The translations under genes and the position numbers were made by a program. The notes beneath the pieces were generated by a model. It was given only the letters and a program-made list of their open reading frames with translations, did not search any database and was not told where the DNA came from. From contig DASSII010000136.1 of assembly GCA_035692005.1 (NCBI GenBank), positions 3,318 to 67,317 of the forward strand: DNA of 64,000 nucleotides. Reading direction: 5' to 3'. Source of the stretch: Candidatus Limnocylindrales bacterium (GTDB taxonomy: Bacteria; Chloroflexota; Limnocylindria; Limnocylindrales; CSP1-4). Shown in pieces: positions 38,234 through 47,939 of the stretch. The first letter of the stretch is position 1; every line of letters begins with the position of its first letter.

Positions 38234-39069
38234 CGGTCCGCCTCGGGAGCTGGGCCTTCGATGCGGCCGGCGTCCGCCGGCCCGACCGACGTCACCGACC
38301 AGCCCCCGTCGACCTTGAGCAGCTGACCGGTCACCGCTCGTGACTCGTCGGACAGGAAGAACAGCGCCGCCCGGGCGACCTCGTCGGGGTCGAGCAACGG
38401 GCCGGCGAGCGGTTGCTTGCGACCGGCGAAGGCCAGGATCGACGCGTCGCCGGCGGCGCGAGCGGCCATCGGGGTGGCGGTCAGTGACGGGGCCACGAGG
38501 TTGACCCGGATCCCGTCGCGCGCGTACGTCGAGGCCATCGAGGTCATGAGCGCGGTCAGGGCCCCCTTCGCCGCGGCGTAGGCGTGCGTGCCGAACACGT
38601 CCGGGACCGGATCGGACGCGGTCACGCTGCCGATCAGCAGGATCGACCCACGCGTGCCGGCGTCGGTTCGCGTCTGCTCCAGCATCTGCCGCACCACGGC
38701 GGCACAGACGAGCACCTGCGTGCGCAGGTTGAGCGCGGCCGTGGCCTCCCACGCCGGTCCGGTCAGCGTGTGGACCGGCCCGTCACCGAAGCGGCGGCCG
38801 CTGCCGCCCGCGACCGACACGAGACCGTCGATCCGGCCGAACCGCTGGCGCGCCTCGTGGATCACCCGCTCCACGGCCGATTCGTCGGTCAGGTCCGCCG
38901 CTGCCCAGCCGGCGTCGGGCAGCCGCTCGGCGAGGTCGCGGGCGTGCTCGGCCGTGCGCGACACCACGAACACCGCCGCCCCCTCGTCCGCCGCGCGCCG
39001 GGCGGTGGCCGCGCCGATCCCGGTCGAGCCCGTCACGAGGATGACCCGCTCGGCGAGCCGCCCGGTCAC
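38230..39069 (-). CDS. SDR-family oxidoreductase
   Basis: ILVTGSTGIGAATA cofactor motif and YAAAK catalytic motif. Confidence 0.9.
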   Translation of the reverse strand: MTGRLAERVILVTGSTGIGAATARRAADEGAAVFVVSRTAEHARDLAERLPDAGWAAADLTDESAVERVIHEARQRFGRIDGLVSVAGGSGRRFGDGPVHTLTGPAWEATAALNLRTQVLVCAAVVRQMLEQTRTDAGTRGSILLIGSVTASDPVPDVFGTHAYAAAKGALTALMTSMASTYARDGIRVNLVAPSLTATPMAARAAGDASILAFAGRKQPLAGPLLDPDEVARAALFFLSDESRAVTGQLLKVDGGWSVTSVGPADAGRIEGPAPEADR

Positions 39070-40022
39070 GTCGGATCCGCCGGAGCGATCGCGCGGGCTG
39101 CGGCGGCATCGGTCACCAGGATCCGCACCAGGCCGCTGCGCAGCGCGCCCCGGATCGCATCCGCCTTGGCGGCGCCGGCCGCGACGGCCACGACGCGGGG
39201 GACGGCGCGCAGGCCGTCCACCGAGATCCCGACTGCGCGCGCCGCCAACCCCGTGGCCGGGAACCGGCCGTCGGCGGTGACCGGGTGGAGCAGGACGTCG
39301 CCGACGATGCCGCCTCCGACGAGCTCGTCGACGACGTCGGCCGGCAGTGCGCCGGTCCGGACCAGCGACGACCCGTCAGCCAGGCCCGCTCCCGCGCGGA
39401 ACGCGCCGATCCCGACCAGGGCCAGGGTCAGCCGCCCGAACATCGCCACCGTCGGCGCCACGTCGGGCTGGCGCAGCAGCGCATCGCGCACGTCCGCTCG
39501 ATCGACGAACGCCGGCGCGAACAACGGATGATGGATCGCCCCCCAGCGTTCGGCCAGCAGCCGGGCGAGCTCGGCCGGATCGTGGGCGCGGTCGAACCCC
39601 ACCGCGTTGCCGGCCAGCTGGACGATCGCCAGCGACGGTTCGCGGCGCGCCGGCATCGCGGCGACGACCTCGCCGAGCGTGGTGCCCCAGGCGATACCGA
39701 CCACGTCGTCGGGCGCGATCAGGCCGTCGACGATCGAGGCGGCCGCGCGCGCGACGTCGGTCATCGACGACCCGCCGGCGACGACGCACAGGTCGAGCCC
39801 GTAGTGGGTCTCGATCGCCGCTGCGAGTGAGCGGTCGGCCGGGGCCGCGTCGCGATACTCGATCCGCACCAGGCCGTCGTCGATCGCCTGGCTGATCAGC
39901 CGCGCGACCCGGAAGCGCGAGATGCCCAGCGCCGCGGCGATGTCGACCTTGCTCTGCTGGCGGTCGAAATAGAGCCGCGCAGCCTGGGTCATCAGGGTGC
40001 TGACCGGCGGCGGGTCGGTCAT
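39066..40022 (-). CDS. SorC/DeoR-type sugar-binding transcriptional regulator
   Basis: N-terminal HTH (AARLYFDRQQSKVDIAAALGISRFRVARLI) plus a SorC-type sugar-phosphate-binding domain. Confidence 0.85.
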   Translation of the reverse strand: MTDPPPVSTLMTQAARLYFDRQQSKVDIAAALGISRFRVARLISQAIDDGLVRIEYRDAAPADRSLAAAIETHYGLDLCVVAGGSSMTDVARAAASIVDGLIAPDDVVGIAWGTTLGEVVAAMPARREPSLAIVQLAGNAVGFDRAHDPAELARLLAERWGAIHHPLFAPAFVDRADVRDALLRQPDVAPTVAMFGRLTLALVGIGAFRAGAGLADGSSLVRTGALPADVVDELVGGGIVGDVLLHPVTADGRFPATGLAARAVGISVDGLRAVPRVVAVAAGAAKADAIRGALRSGLVRILVTDAAAARAIAPADPT

Positions 40023-40672
40023 CGCTCGGCACGCACGCTGGCGATCAGTGCCCGGCGTTCGTCGACCGAGGCACGCGTCAGCGAACTCCCGATGCCCACC
40101 GCCACGCAGCCCGCGTCGAGGAACGCCCGCGCGTTGCCCGCGTCGATGCCGCCGGTCGCGACGGTCTCGATGGCCGGGAACGGGCCGCGCAGTTCACGGA
40201 CGTGGCTCGGTCCCAGACTCGACGCGGGAAACAGCTTGACGAAGGTCGCGCCCGCTGCCCACGCGCCGGCGATCTCGGTCGGGCTGTACGCACCGGGGAT
40301 GAACGGCGTCCCGGCGCGGATGGATCGCTCGAGCAGGTCGTGGTCGAGCAGCGGGCTGACCGCGAAGGCCGCACCCGCGTCGATGGCAGCATCGAGCGCC
40401 ACCGAGGACAGCACCGTACCGGCCCCGATGGCGACGTCGCCGTGGCCGGTCGCGTCGAGCCGGCGACGGACTGCGCGCAGGTCGTCGGCGGCGGTCGGCG
40501 CATCGAAGGTGATCTCCAGGAGGCCGACCCCGGCGCCGACGAGACCATCGACCAGGTCGAGCAGCTGGCTCCTCGGGCTGACGCGGCGCAGGACCGCGAT
40601 CAGGCGCTGGCCACGGACCCGATCGGCGAACGCCGAACGTCGAAGGGGGTCGCCGGACACGGACTGGCGCAT
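40019..40672 (-). CDS. eda: 2-dehydro-3-deoxy-phosphogluconate / 4-hydroxy-2-oxoglutarate aldolase family
   Basis: 217 aa from ATG 40672 with a KDPG-aldolase-like sequence (LIAVLR, LEITFD, catalytic-Lys context FVKLFPA). Confidence 0.85.
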   Translation of the reverse strand: MRQSVSGDPLRRSAFADRVRGQRLIAVLRRVSPRSQLLDLVDGLVGAGVGLLEITFDAPTAADDLRAVRRRLDATGHGDVAIGAGTVLSSVALDAAIDAGAAFAVSPLLDHDLLERSIRAGTPFIPGAYSPTEIAGAWAAGATFVKLFPASSLGPSHVRELRGPFPAIETVATGGIDAGNARAFLDAGCVAVGIGSSLTRASVDERRALIASVRAER

Positions 40673-40763
40673 GGTCCGATGGTAGCCGCTGCCCATCTGA
40701 GCGGCAACTGCTCGAATGAGCGAGGGACGACGGGCGTCGGCCTGCGCTAGCATCTCTGGCCTC

Positions 40764-42230
40764 ATGGAAGCTCTGCCTGTCCCCGTCCTCGATGTGGCCA
40801 GTTCGGGCCGCGACCTGTTACTCGAGATGGAGCTGCGTCGCGGTTTCATGCGACGCGATCTGCGCTGTGCGCTGCGCGAGGCGATCCAGGAGGGTCGGCT
40901 CGAAGCCGGGACACGGTTGCCCTCATCGCGCCGGCTGGCGAGCGACCTGGAGGTGTCGCGCGGGGTCGTCGCCGACACGTACGACCAGCTCGCCGCCGAG
41001 GGATATCTTCGCGTCGAGCCCCGCCGCGCGCCGGTCGTCATCGACGTGGCCGAGGCGCTCCGGCCGGACGACGCTGACGACGCGCTGCCGCCGTCACGTG
41101 CTCCCGGGGACGTCGGCCACCAGGCGCTGCCGATCGATTTCACGGCCACGGCGCCGGACCTGGAACTCTTCCCGCGGCGGGCCTGGCTGCGCGCGATGGA
41201 GCGCGCCATCCGTGACACGCCCAACGAGGTGCTCGACTACGGCGACCACCGTGGCCGCCCGGAGCTGCGCGAGGCGCTCCGCGAGTACCTGTCGCGAGTG
41301 CGTGGCGTGCGCACGAGCGCCCAGCGCATCGTGATCACCGGCGGGTTCACCCAGGCGCTCGACCTGCTGGTGGCGGTGCTGCGCGAGCGCGGTGCCCGCT
41401 CGATCGGCTTCGAGACACCATCGAACATCAACGCGTGGGCCACCGTTCAGGCGGCCGGGCTCGACATGGTCGCGCTGCCGGTCGACGCGGACGGCCTGCG
41501 AACCGCGGACCTCGAGTCGGTCGACGTCGCAGCGATCGTCGTCACGCCGGCCCATCAGTTCCCGACCGGTGCCGTGCTCACGCCGGCTCGTCGCGCCGAG
41601 CTCGTGGCCTGGGCGGCGGCCCGCCCCGGTCGGCTCATCATCGAGGACGACTACGACGCCGAGTTCCGCTATGACCGCCTCGGTGTCGGGGCGGTCCAGG
41701 GCCTCGATCCTGCCCGCGTCGTCCACGTCGGCACGGCTTCCAAGACGTTCGCGCCGGGCATCCGCCTGGGCTGGATGAGCGTCCCGACGGATCTGCTGGA
41801 CGCTGTGACGGCGGCCAAGGCCATCGCCGACTCCGGCTCGCCGGCGCTCGAACAGCTGGCCCTCGCCGATCTGCTCGCCAGTGGCGAGTACGACCGACAC
41901 ATCGCTCGTGCTCGACAGGTCTACCGGCACCGGCGCGACGCCCTGGTGGCGGCGCTCGGTCGGTGGCTTCCGGCGCTGCCGGTCGAGGGCATCGCCGCCG
42001 GCCTGCACGTGCTCGTGCGGCTGCCCGCCGGTAGCGACGACGTGGCCATCGCGGCAGCCGCGGCCGAGCACGGGATCGGCGTGAAGCCGCTGTCGCCGAT
42101 GGCGCTCGACGGCGATCGCCGCGCCCGCGGCCTCGTGCTCGGCTATGGACGACTCAGCCCCGACGGGATCGAGGCGTCGGTTCGGGCCCTGGCCGCGACG
42201 ATGCCGATCGCTCAGGCCTCGTCCTCGTAG
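40764..42230 (+). CDS. MocR-type regulator (GntR wHTH fused to a fold-type I aminotransferase-like domain)
   Basis: wHTH LPSSRRLASDLEVSRGVVADTYDQLAAEGYL followed by an aminotransferase class I/II-like domain (ASKTFAPGIRLGW). The start could be 40716, 40764 or a later ATG. Confidence 0.85.
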   Translation: MEALPVPVLDVASSGRDLLLEMELRRGFMRRDLRCALREAIQEGRLEAGTRLPSSRRLASDLEVSRGVVADTYDQLAAEGYLRVEPRRAPVVIDVAEALRPDDADDALPPSRAPGDVGHQALPIDFTATAPDLELFPRRAWLRAMERAIRDTPNEVLDYGDHRGRPELREALREYLSRVRGVRTSAQRIVITGGFTQALDLLVAVLRERGARSIGFETPSNINAWATVQAAGLDMVALPVDADGLRTADLESVDVAAIVVTPAHQFPTGAVLTPARRAELVAWAAARPGRLIIEDDYDAEFRYDRLGVGAVQGLDPARVVHVGTASKTFAPGIRLGWMSVPTDLLDAVTAAKAIADSGSPALEQLALADLLASGEYDRHIARARQVYRHRRDALVAALGRWLPALPVEGIAAGLHVLVRLPAGSDDVAIAAAAAEHGIGVKPLSPMALDGDRRARGLVLGYGRLSPDGIEASVRALAATMPIAQASSS

Positions 42231-42631
42231 TCCCACGCCCGGACGATGCCAGGCTCGATCCGGATGACGGCGCCGCGCGCATACGAGGCGACCATCCGCT
42301 CAGCGGCCTCCGGGCCGTCGTAGCGCAGCGCCGTCCGGCGCAGCACCTCGTAGAAGTCGTCCCGGGTCACGGTCGCCTCGCCGCGCAGCTCGAGGCCCTT
42401 GTACGGCCAGACCGAATTGGCCACGACGACCGTCACCCGCGGGTCGCGCCGGACATGGGCGACCTTGCCGCCCTCCGCGTCCGGGACCCAGATGTCGATG
42501 CCGCCCTCGTGCCATTCGAACCACACTGGCGAGAGCATGATCGAGTCGTCGCGCCGGCGGGTCGCCAGCACCGCGATGAGCGGTTGTTCGAGCAGGTCGC
42601 CCAGGTCCTCGGGCCGCAGGTTCGTTCGCAT
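42212..42631 (-). CDS. Pyridoxamine 5'-phosphate oxidase-like (PPOX-class, possibly F420-dependent) protein
   Basis: 139 aa from ATG 42631 (GGAGG upstream). Split-barrel FMN/F420-binding-like sequence (IAVLATRRRDDSIMLSPVWF...). Its 3' end overlaps the MocR 3' end by 19 nt. Confidence 0.75.
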   Translation of the reverse strand: MRTNLRPEDLGDLLEQPLIAVLATRRRDDSIMLSPVWFEWHEGGIDIWVPDAEGGKVAHVRRDPRVTVVVANSVWPYKGLELRGEATVTRDDFYEVLRRTALRYDGPEAAERMVASYARGAVIRIEPGIVRAWDYEDEA

Positions 42632-42862
42632 CCGCTGGTACCTCCGGGCTCGTGAGCGCGCTGGCATCGGCCGACGGACCGGTGCGGTCCGGCCCGTTGA
42701 CGCCGTCGCGTCGCGCAGTCTATGCTCCGCGTACCCCGACCGGTCCCGCGCAGCGGCAGCGATTCCGCGCGCGTACCCGCTCGGCCCCATGCGACCCGGA
42801 CCCCGGCCATCGGCCGACATGTCCGTTCCGCCCCTCCCTCACCCGCAGGTGACCCCGACCAG

Positions 42863-44257
42863 ATGCCCGGACCCGGCCCCGACCAGCGCGATCAGCGCTC
42901 CCGCAATCGTCGACCTCGACGTCGTACCCAGTCGACCTATCGCGCCCCCGTCAGCGAGTACGAGGAGCAGCAGGAGATCGAGGCCGCCCGCGAACGGAAC
43001 GACCTTGAGATCGGCGACCTGCGCGAGATGAGCGTCACGGAACTGCGCCGTGTCGGTCGTGACCTGGAGCTCGACACCGCCACCGGCGATCGCAAGGACG
43101 AACTCGTCGAGAGCATCCTGCAGCGCCAGACCGAGCGGGCCGGGCATGCCTACGCGAGCGGCATCCTCGACATCGTCGATGAGGGCTTCGGGTTCATGCG
43201 CCGCCACGGCCTGCTGCCCAGCCCGGAGGATGTCTACGTCAGTTCGAGTCAGGTCCGCCGTTTCGGGCTGCGCATCGGCGACCGCATCTCCGGCGCGGTG
43301 CGCGCCCCGCGTGAGGCCGAGAAGTACTGGGGCATGCTCCGGGTCGACAGCGTCAACGGGGTCGACACCGACACCGCCCGTCGGCGGCCGGTCTTCGCCG
43401 ACCTGACGCCCGTCCATCCCGACGAGCTCATCAACCTCGAGACCGACCCGAAGAACCTCAGCCAGCGGCTGATCAATCTCGTCAACCCGCTGGGCAAGGG
43501 CCAGCGTGCCCTCATCGTCAGCCCGCCCAAGGCCGGCAAGACGATGCTGCTCAAGCAGATCGCCAACGGCGTCAGCGCCAACTACCCCGAGATCCTCCTG
43601 ATGGTCGCGCTCATCGGCGAGCGGCCCGAGGAAGTCACGGACATGCGCCGCAGCGTCAAGGGCGAGGTCATCAGCTCGACCTTCGACGAGCCGACCGAGA
43701 ACCACACCCACGTCGCCGAGATGGCGCTCGAGATCGCCAAGCGCCAGGTCGAGACCGGCCGCGACGTCGTCATCCTGCTCGACTCCATCACCCGCCTCGC
43801 GCGCGCCTACAACCTGGCGCTGCCGCCGAGCGGTCGGACGCTGTCGGGCGGCCTCGATCCGATCGCCCTCTATCCACCCAAACGCTTCTTCGGTGCCGCG
43901 CGCAACATCGAGGAGGGCGGTTCGCTGACGATCATCGGCACCTGCCTCGTCGACACCGGCTCGCGCATGGACGACGTCATCTACGAGGAGTTCAAGGGCA
44001 CCGGCAACTCGGAGCTCATCCTCGATCGCAAGCTGGCCGAGAAGCGCATCTTCCCGTCGATCGACGTCCAGCGCTCGGGCACCCGACGCGAGGAACTGCT
44101 CCTCGAGGAGGGCACCCTCAAGATGGTCTGGACGATGCGCCGGATGCTGTCGGCGGTCGGTGCCAACGAGGGCATCGAGGTGCTCCTCAACCGCCTGTCC
44201 AAGACCCAGTCGAACGCGGAGTTCCTGGCCTCACTGACCAAGAACCTCGAGGCCTGA
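42863..44257 (+). CDS. rho: Transcription termination factor Rho
   Basis: Rho_N ([19 protein letters not shown]), cold-shock-like RNA-binding domain ([14 protein letters not shown]), and Walker [11 protein letters not shown]. The start is uncertain; ATG 42863 gives an Arg/Gln-rich N-terminal tail. Confidence 0.9.
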   Translation: MPGPGPDQRDQRSRNRRPRRRTQSTYRAPVSEYEEQQEIEAARERNDLEIGDLREMSVTELRRVGRDLELDTATGDRKDELVESILQRQTERAGHAYASGILDIVDEGFGFMRRHGLLPSPEDVYVSSSQVRRFGLRIGDRISGAVRAPREAEKYWGMLRVDSVNGVDTDTARRRPVFADLTPVHPDELINLETDPKNLSQRLINLVNPLGKGQRALIVSPPKAGKTMLLKQIANGVSANYPEILLMVALIGERPEEVTDMRRSVKGEVISSTFDEPTENHTHVAEMALEIAKRQVETGRDVVILLDSITRLARAYNLALPPSGRTLSGGLDPIALYPPKRFFGAARNIEEGGSLTIIGTCLVDTGSRMDDVIYEEFKGTGNSELILDRKLAEKRIFPSIDVQRSGTRREELLLEEGTLKMVWTMRRMLSAVGANEGIEVLLNRLSKTQSNAEFLASLTKNLEA

Positions 44258-44484
44258 CGCCCGCGTATCGCGTGCGGTCCGGGCCCGGTGTCAGGCGGCA
44301 CCGTTTGCGCCATTCGTGATGCGCATGGTAGGTTTCCTGACGATGTCGTAAGTCCGAACGTTACTGTCGGACGCGGCCGCGAAGAGAGACCCCCAGCTCG
44401 ATACCGCGACCCCGGACGGGCCAACCCCCCATCCCAGCGCTCTTTGCAACGCGCCCGGGCTCGTCCTCACGCCAGGAGAACCTA

Positions 44485-45966
44485 TTGCTCAATGCGTCGG
44501 TCGGCGTCCAGCGCGTCATGGGACGGCTGCGTCGATCCTCGAACCACGAAACGTCCCCGATGACCGCCCCGACCGGGTCGCGGTCCGCGCGGCGGCCGTC
44601 AGGTGGGACCCTCCCCACTCGTGTCCAGTCGAGTCACATCTACCCCGCACCGCACGCGCGTCGACGACGCCGCCCGCTGGGGCCGTCCCTCGCCGCGCTG
44701 CGCGCGTTCATCGACCGGCCATGGTCCGCGCGCCTCGTCGTCGACGGGCTCGGTCATGAGCGCCTCGTCGCGGTCGCGGCGGCCGGGATCCTGCTTGGCG
44801 CGTCCGTCCTGAGCGTCACCCCATCGGGTCCCTCGGGCGACACCGGCGGGCCGACGGGTGATGGACCGACGCCACGGCTCGCCATCGCGGGCTCCGGTGA
44901 TGGCCAGGATGTCGGGTCGGTCGAAGACGCCTACGTCCAGCCGACCGACCGCACGACCGATCCCGGCTACGACAGCCTCGGCGCTTCGAACGTGGCCCGC
45001 CAGAGCGATCTCCTGGCGCGCAGCCCGGACGGGCGCGTCTATGCGCAGGCCGGCGCCATCGCGGCGGCGCAACCGACCGACACCCAGGTCGAGGGGCCGT
45101 TCCTCGCGGATGGCACCCTCCTCAAGCCCGTCGCGGTCAATACCTCCGTACCCGACGGCAGCGCCCTGATCCGGACCTACAAGGTGAAGGCCGGCGACAC
45201 GCTGTCGACCATCGCGGACCGCTTCAATGTCTCGACGATGACCCTGTGGTGGGCCAATGACCTGCGGGCGAAGGATCGCCTCGTGCAGGGCCAGGTCCTC
45301 AACGTCCCGCCGGTCAGCGGCCTGGTCGTCGAGGTCGAGGCGACCGACACGCTCGCCAGCCTGGCCAAGGGCTACAAGATCTCCGAGGACGAGATCGTGA
45401 CCACGAACCACCTGCAGGATCGCAACCTCGTCGTCGGCCAGGTCCTCGTCCTGCCCGGTGCCAAGGGGGCGCAGATCCTCACCCCGAAGCCCAAGCCGTC
45501 GACGACGACCCGAACGACGACGCGGCCGCGCCCGTCCACCGGCAGCTCCTCCAACCGTGGCACGACGCCGCGGCCGCCCAAGAGCTACTCGGGTGGCAAC
45601 TTCCGCTGGCCGACCTCCAGCCACCACATCAGCCAGTACTACCACTACGGTCATTACGGTCTCGACATCGACGGGTCGACCGGCGATCCGATCTATGCCG
45701 CGGCCGGTGGCACGGTGACCTTCGCCGGCTGGAAGAACAACGGCGGTGGGTACCAGGTGTGGATCGCTCACGGGTCCGGGCTGTACACGACCTACAACCA
45801 CATGTCGAGCGTGTCGGTCGGCCGTGGACAATCGGTCGGCAAAGGCCAGCGCGTCGGGCGCATGGGCGCGACCGGCTTCGCGACCGGCTCACACCTGCAC
45901 TTCGAGGTCTGGAAGGGCCCGATCTGGGACGGTGGCCGTCGGGTCAACCCGCTGGCCTACCTCTAG
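44485..45966 (+). CDS. Membrane-anchored LysM-LysM-M23 peptidoglycan endopeptidase
   Basis: One TM helix, two LysM repeats (YKVKAGDTLSTIADRF..., VEATDTLASLAKGY...), and an M23 motif (HYGLDIDG...GSHLHFEV). TTG 44485 follows AGGAGA; ATG 44518 and 44560 are alternatives. Confidence 0.85.
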   Translation: MLNASVGVQRVMGRLRRSSNHETSPMTAPTGSRSARRPSGGTLPTRVQSSHIYPAPHARRRRRPLGPSLAALRAFIDRPWSARLVVDGLGHERLVAVAAAGILLGASVLSVTPSGPSGDTGGPTGDGPTPRLAIAGSGDGQDVGSVEDAYVQPTDRTTDPGYDSLGASNVARQSDLLARSPDGRVYAQAGAIAAAQPTDTQVEGPFLADGTLLKPVAVNTSVPDGSALIRTYKVKAGDTLSTIADRFNVSTMTLWWANDLRAKDRLVQGQVLNVPPVSGLVVEVEATDTLASLAKGYKISEDEIVTTNHLQDRNLVVGQVLVLPGAKGAQILTPKPKPSTTTRTTTRPRPSTGSSSNRGTTPRPPKSYSGGNFRWPTSSHHISQYYHYGHYGLDIDGSTGDPIYAAAGGTVTFAGWKNNGGGYQVWIAHGSGLYTTYNHMSSVSVGRGQSVGKGQRVGRMGATGFATGSHLHFEVWKGPIWDGGRRVNPLAYL

Positions 45967-46005
45967 ACCCGAGCCCCGCCGGGCCGGCCGTGGGCCCGTG
46001 CGAGA

Positions 46006-47310
46006 ATGACCCCGATGTTCCTCGACCGCGTGAAGATCTGGGTCCATGCCGGCGACGGCGGTGACGGCGCCGCGACGTTCCGCAAGGAGGCCCACGTCCC
46101 GCGCGGCGGCCCCGATGGTGGGGACGGTGGGCGCGGCGGGTCCGTCCGCATCCGCGTCGATCCCGGACAGACGACGCTGCGGGACTTCCGCTACCGCCAT
46201 CATTTCAAGGCGACACCAGGGGGGCGTGGCACCCGAGCCCGACGCCATGGCAAGGCCGGCGACGACCTCGTCATCGACGTCCCGCCCGGAACGGCCATCC
46301 ACGACGACGGATCCGGGGCGTTGCTCGCCGACCTCGTCGCGACCGGCCAGGAGACGACGGTCGCACGCGGGGGTCGCGGGGGCCTCGGCAACACCCATTT
46401 CAAGTCGGCCACCCACCAGGCCCCGCGCCACGCGCAGAACGGCGAACCGGGCGAGGAGCGCTGGCTGCGGCTCGAACTCCGACTCATCGCCGATATCGGC
46501 CTGGTCGGCCTGCCCAATGCCGGCAAGTCGACGTTGCTGGCGGCGGTGACATCGGCCCGCCCCAAGATCGCCGACTACCCGTTCACCACCCTCGAACCGA
46601 ATCTTGGGGTGATGGACCTGGGCGACGAGGATGAGCGGCGGCCGACCATCGCCGATGTCCCCGGCCTGATCGAGGGCGCATCCAGCGGCGCGGGTCTGGG
46701 CCACGCCTTCCTCCGCCACGTCGAGCGGACCCGCGTCCTGGTCCATGTCGTCGACGGCGCCTCGCGCGATCCGGGCTGGGACTTCGAGGTGATCCGTGAG
46801 GAGCTGCGCGCCCACGACCCGGACCTGCTGGCCAAGCCGACACTCGTCGCGTTCAACAAGATGGACCTCGATGCTGCCCGCGCGGCGTGGCCGGCGTTCG
46901 CGCAGGCACGCGAGGCGGAAGGCCTCCCCGTGGTCGCCGTCGCGGCAACGACCGGTGACGGCCTCGACACCTTCCGCGCGCGGCTGGCCGACCTGCTGCC
47001 GTCCGCCGAGGCCCTGTCCGCGGCGCCCGAACCAGCCGGCGTGGTCGTCCATCGGATCGACGCGATGGGCGACGGCTTCCGGATCGAGCGCGACGCCGAC
47101 GACGCCTTTCGCGTCCTCGGCAAGCGCATCGAACGCGTCGCCGCGCAGACCAACTTCGATGTCGAGGAATCGGCCGAACGCTTCCAGCGCGAACTCAAGC
47201 GGCTTGGCATCGACGCCGAGCTCCGCCGGGCCGGCGTGGCCGCCGGCGACCTCGTCAGGATCGGCGGCACCGAACTCGAGTGGGAGTCGCAGCCCTGGGA
47301 GGACGCGTGA
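46006..47310 (+). CDS. obg: GTPase Obg/CgtA
   Basis: Glycine-rich Obg fold (GGDGGDGGRGGSV), G1 motif GLPNAGKST, and a C-terminal OCT-like domain. ATG 46015 (MFLDRV...) is an alternative start. Confidence 0.9.
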   Translation: MTPMFLDRVKIWVHAGDGGDGAATFRKEAHVPRGGPDGGDGGRGGSVRIRVDPGQTTLRDFRYRHHFKATPGGRGTRARRHGKAGDDLVIDVPPGTAIHDDGSGALLADLVATGQETTVARGGRGGLGNTHFKSATHQAPRHAQNGEPGEERWLRLELRLIADIGLVGLPNAGKSTLLAAVTSARPKIADYPFTTLEPNLGVMDLGDEDERRPTIADVPGLIEGASSGAGLGHAFLRHVERTRVLVHVVDGASRDPGWDFEVIREELRAHDPDLLAKPTLVAFNKMDLDAARAAWPAFAQAREAEGLPVVAVAATTGDGLDTFRARLADLLPSAEALSAAPEPAGVVVHRIDAMGDGFRIERDADDAFRVLGKRIERVAAQTNFDVEESAERFQRELKRLGIDAELRRAGVAAGDLVRIGGTELEWESQPWEDA

Positions 47311-47939
47311 CCCGGTCCGCCACGATCGGGATCTTCGGCGGTACCTTCGACCCGATCCATCAGGCGCACCTGGCGGTCGCCGAGTCGGCGCGCGACGCCT
47401 TCGACCTCCCGCGAGTGCTGTTCATCCCCGCCGCCCAGCCGCCGCACAAGCCGGACCGCCGCGTCACCGCCGCCGGCCATCGTCTGGCGATGGTCCAGGC
47501 CGCGATCGCCGACAATCCGGCCTTCGAGGCGAGTCCGATGGAGATCGAGCGGGGTGGGATGTCCTATACGGTCGACACCCTGGAGGCGCTGCGCGCGACG
47601 CTGGACGGCCAGCGCCTGGCGCTGATCCTGTCGGCCGAGTCGTTCGCCGGCCTGGCAACCTGGCGCGAGCCCGAGCGGGTCCTGGCCCTGGCCGACCTCA
47701 TCATCGCGCCGCGCGACGGGTATCCCGAGGCCGACACGGATCTCGTCGAGCGTTCGTTCCCAGGGGTGGACGCCCGCGTCAGCTATCTCGATGGGCCGCG
47801 GATGCGCCTGTCCGCCTCGGACATCCGCGCCCGCGCCGCAGCCGGCCGATCGGTGCGCTATCTGGTCCCGGATGCGGTCGCGGCGTATATCGGCGACCAT
47901 GCCCTCTACCAGACGGACCGGAGGACCCAACGATCGTGA
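47307..47939 (+). CDS. nadD: Nicotinate-nucleotide adenylyltransferase
   Basis: GIFGGTFDPIHQAH motif. GTG 47307 overlaps the obg stop (GTGA). Confidence 0.9.
   Translation: MTRSATIGIFGGTFDPIHQAHLAVAESARDAFDLPRVLFIPAAQPPHKPDRRVTAAGHRLAMVQAAIADNPAFEASPMEIERGGMSYTVDTLEALRATLDGQRLALILSAESFAGLATWREPERVLALADLIIAPRDGYPEADTDLVERSFPGVDARVSYLDGPRMRLSASDIRARAAAGRSVRYLVPDAVAAYIGDHALYQTDRRTQRS

Noticed and set aside
44300-44470. ydaO / cyclic-di-AMP riboswitch upstream of the LysM-M23 gene.
   Set aside because: The G-rich blocks and a CCGACAG-UAAC-like element reminiscent of the ydaO consensus occur only on the minus strand, which has no downstream gene. The coding-strand RNA is C-rich and lacks the GGGGA / GGGGUGAAUC-type blocks. 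It is kept only as an unspecified structured leader pending a cmsearch.
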